DNA of 63,061 bases, the filler included, from Octopus bimaculoides (Eukaryota): the NCBI RefSeq assembly GCF_001194135.2. It is 6 parts of 6 records of this genome, joined end to end, with 100 filler letters (N's around TTAATTAATTAA, not from the genome) between each part and the next. Parts side by side here need not be neighbours in the genome. Positions count along the whole stretch, not along the records: positions 59,918 to 63,061 come from NC_068988.1; 5 more parts are not named here. The stretch is one strand, 5' to 3'. The notes below the pieces were generated by a model that saw only the letters and a list, made by a program, of their open reading frames with translations, did not search any database and was not told the DNA's origin. How positions within the stretch are numbered: the stretch's first letter is position 1; the number at the start of each line of letters is the position of its first letter. Positions 60,950-63,061 of this stretch are shown in pieces. Both the position numbers and the translations under genes were made by a program.

Positions 60950-61830
60950 GTTTCTTATTTTTCCTGCATTATTTAATTTATACACGTCTTTCTGTATTTT
61001 GTTATAATCGCCCAAATACATTCGTATCTTTTGCATAAAAACATCCCCTACAGTGATATATTATAAACAGGTTTCCTTTCTATACAAATATTCATTTTCA
61101 TATTTTTTTTCGTTCTTTGACGTAAATTATTCGATGTGTACAAAAAAAGAGAGCTTCGAAGTTTCTGTGGGTGTTTCATTCATATGGAACTGTGAGTGGA
61201 ACATATTAGCTTGTCGCCACTATTCGTCATACAGTTTTGCCAAATTTTACATTTTATAGCATTTTAGAATTCTAATAATTCTGTTTCAGTGATTCATTAG
61301 TTTAGGTAATCTCCCAATTTTAAACCAGCCTGGTAATGGTATATGTATCGCTATGTCGTCCATTTCTTTTCATTGTTTTGTATTCTCCTCTCTCTTCGTC
61401 ATTCTCGAATGGCCTTTATTTTTGAACGCTCTTTTTTGTGTTTTGTATATTCTTTCACTTTTCGATTTCGCTTATAACAAGCAACTTTTGGGTTGGTTGA
61501 ATCGATTATATTCTGTTAGCGAGAAAACGCATTTCATATTTACTTACGTTATGGTAAAAATTATACTTAGTATTAAGCCGGCAAGCTCCTCCCTCAAATC
61601 CTTGGCATTATGCCAAAATTGGAAATTAATATGTTAATATTCGATATTCTATTACCGAATCTTTTTCCTTTACGTGATTTATTTCTCTTAAATTCTATAA
61701 TAGCAATAGTTAAACTTATAATTATCGATATCGCTGACTTTTCTTTCTTTGCTACCGTGTCTTGAACAGAGTTAATTCCACGTTGTATTATCAAATCTTG
61801 GGGATAATTCTTCGGATCTCATGCCCCTAC
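60950..61830 (-). mobile_element. Possible very old Penelope-like remnant
   Basis: Scattered motifs in the expected order: NYPQDLIIQRGINSV, QPKS, IKCK...TNSGDKL (GIY-YIG-like). Heavily disrupted. Confidence 0.35.
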
Positions 61831-62094
61831 TCATGTATGAGTTTAACTAATTAACTTATTTATGTAATAATTCACACAGCGCACTCTTCAAATTGTCAAT
61901 TAATTAACTCAATTATTTGAAGGACTGAGTTCCTTTGTTTTCATATATGTAGCATCATACAACTGATGTCCATTTCAAACAGCCATATTGTTTTCAATGT
62001 TTAGGCATATGATTGAAAATCTCTCCTCTACGAGAGCATGAATGTATTTAGTATTTAATTAATATTTAAATACACAAACAGCCATATATGTTTT

Positions 62095-62245
62095 TTTGTC
62101 TTACTTGTTTAGACCATTAGACTGCGGCCATGCTGGGGCACGTTGGTGAGCAACTTTTGTCGAATGAATTGACCTTAGTTTATGAATGAATGAATTCACC
62201 GCCAAATGACGGAGACATAGACATAGGTTGTCAAACACAGACACA
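62095..62245 (-). mobile_element. SINE family A 3' portion
   Basis: ttacttgtttagaccattagactgcggccatgctggggcac is the reverse complement of the family A tail. Confidence 0.75.
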
Positions 62246-62373
62246 CGCACACATATACACACACACACGTACTCACACACACACACACACACACACACAC
62301 TCGCACACATATTATACACATATTTATATATAAATATACATATATATATATATATATACACAAACAAATACGC

Positions 62374-62415
<42 letters not shown>

Positions 62416-63061
62416 ACACATATATATATATATATATATTTACATGACGCACAATAAATATAGAAATATATGAAGAAAATATGTAATTCCTTAACACGAC
62501 AGCTGTTTCAGGAATCTTAGAGTTACTTAATCATTACAGAAAGCAGACGAAATGTGCGAAAACGTCATGGATATGGAAATGTTTCCGAATCACATCGAGA
62601 TATTACAATGAGGCCGGCTCTCTACCCTGTCAAGAGAAGACTGGTAACAGTGGTTCACATAGTAGTTCCTGCAGAAATAAACGGTCCAAGGAAGAGAGGA
62701 GGTAGAACAAGAACAAAAGATAGGGAGATGAAGGAGGATTTCTGCGACATAAGCAGGAAGGAATAGAGGGAGGATGCAAGAAACAGAGAAAGGAGGAGGA
62801 GATAAAGTCACGCTGGTGAAAATTAATGTCAGTGGTGTTCATCTGCAATTACGATTCTGAAGTTCGAGAAGTAAATAACAGAACAACATCTACATGAGGC
62901 ACCCATCGTAGCCATATCTCCGTCAAGAACAATCAAGCTGAGGCATTGCTCTAATCGAGTTATATATAAGCATGTATACATTTATATACATATATAACTC
63001 TATGTACGTAGATATGTATATATACATATGTATCTGTATGTGTGTATACATATATATATAT

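Noticed and set aside
62590-62675. Minus-strand acceptor followed by RNYYVNHCYQ (WW-like YYVNH)
   Set aside because: Lacks the second Trp and the WW spacing; no convincing donor.

Overview
AT-rich, microsatellite-dense animal DNA, most likely octopus (inferred from the SINE/RTE/R4/Tx1 repeat families; no database search run). Five identical 100-bp synthetic spacers (N44-TTAATTAATTAA-N44) split the window into six segments, so adjacency across them is unverified. Host-gene content is seven small exons from three genes: two exons of a KIAA1549/KIAA1549L-like (UPF0606) gene (minus, 7.7-9.4 kb), three phase-compatible micro-exons of an unidentified coiled-coil protein (minus, 49.4-51.2 kb), and two NUP88 exons (plus, 57.8-58.8 kb). 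The rest is mostly decayed transposons (RTE, CR1-like, HERO-like, R4/Dong-like, Tx1-like, mariner, MULE/FLYWCH, hAT, Helitron, foldback/MITE, tRNA-derived SINEs) and simple repeats. Best leads: an RTE ORF2 ending in three C2H2 zinc fingers (hidden by a frameshift), an (AAT)n-centred nest of R4/Dong, Tx1 and SINE copies with strand-specific insertion and a shared Tx1/SINE 3' end, and an R4-like family sitting in (CATA)n tracts. There is no CRISPR array, rRNA or intact tRNA gene, and no evidence for a wholly new multi-gene system.
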